From IMG/VR virus record IMGVR_UViG_3300042398_001353: DNA of 64,000 nucleotides, one strand, 5' to 3'. Both the position numbers and the translations under genes were made by a program. Source of the stretch: a virus (taxonomy: Duplodnaviria; Heunggongvirae; Uroviricota; Caudoviricetes). The notes below the pieces were generated by a model. The model did no database searches, was not told where the DNA came from, and saw only the letters and a program-made list of their open reading frames with translations. Shown here piece by piece: positions 63,975-64,000 of this stretch; the first letter of the stretch is position 1; each line of letters opens with the position of its first letter.

Positions 63975-64000
63975 AGTTATTATTTATGAAGTGCAAATAT

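Overview
This 64-kb window looks like part of a large, AT-rich dsDNA bacteriophage genome with no cellular housekeeping genes. The likely host is a Bacteroidota (Flavobacteriia-like) bacterium. Three lines of evidence point there: secreted proteins carry signal peptides ending in ...TNAQ or ...YSQD, several upstream regions match the Bacteroidota promoter pattern TTTG-N19-21-TAnnTTTG, and Shine-Dalgarno sequences are absent. The window divides into three blocks.

(1) 1-23.4 kb, + strand. This block holds accessory and replication-associated genes: a HAD-like hydrolase, a hotdog thioesterase, three DEDDh 3'-5' exonuclease paralogs, metallophosphoesterases including an LpxH-like one, a family-2 glycosyltransferase, an SPFH/band-7 protein and a DnaA-domain-IV-like HTH protein. 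It also carries homing-endonuclease-type genes (2 HNH, 2 T5orf172) and a small serine recombinase.

(2) 24.2-37.4 kb, - strand. This block looks richer in GC by eye. It contains about 33 small, mostly unrecognisable ORFs, many very acidic. They are separated by a conserved translation-initiation motif and driven by host-type promoters, which fits an early or anti-defence module.

(3) 37.7-64 kb. This is a virion/lysis module with a PG_binding+GH19 endolysin, a glucosaminidase, a PG_binding+alpha/beta-hydrolase, a C39-like protease/GNAT fusion and a 2H-phosphoesterase/HAD fusion. About 30 of its proteins begin with a shared N-terminal leader (consensus MKxIIITE-SQLKRL) ending in an (I/L)-x-E motif. 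Their genes are preceded by an ATATTTATATA box. The 1026-aa PG_binding/M23/glucosaminidase lysin at 1.5-4.6 kb and its neighbour at 4.6-5.1 kb carry the same leader and box, which places the virion module on both sides of block 1.

A 740-bp convergent non-coding region at 23.4-24.2 kb is packed with iterons (GTCATACG, GCTCGCC, GTTCAC). It is flanked on one side by one copy of a 32-bp perfect direct repeat. I saw no rRNA, tRNA or CRISPR array. All calls rest on visual motif recognition only.
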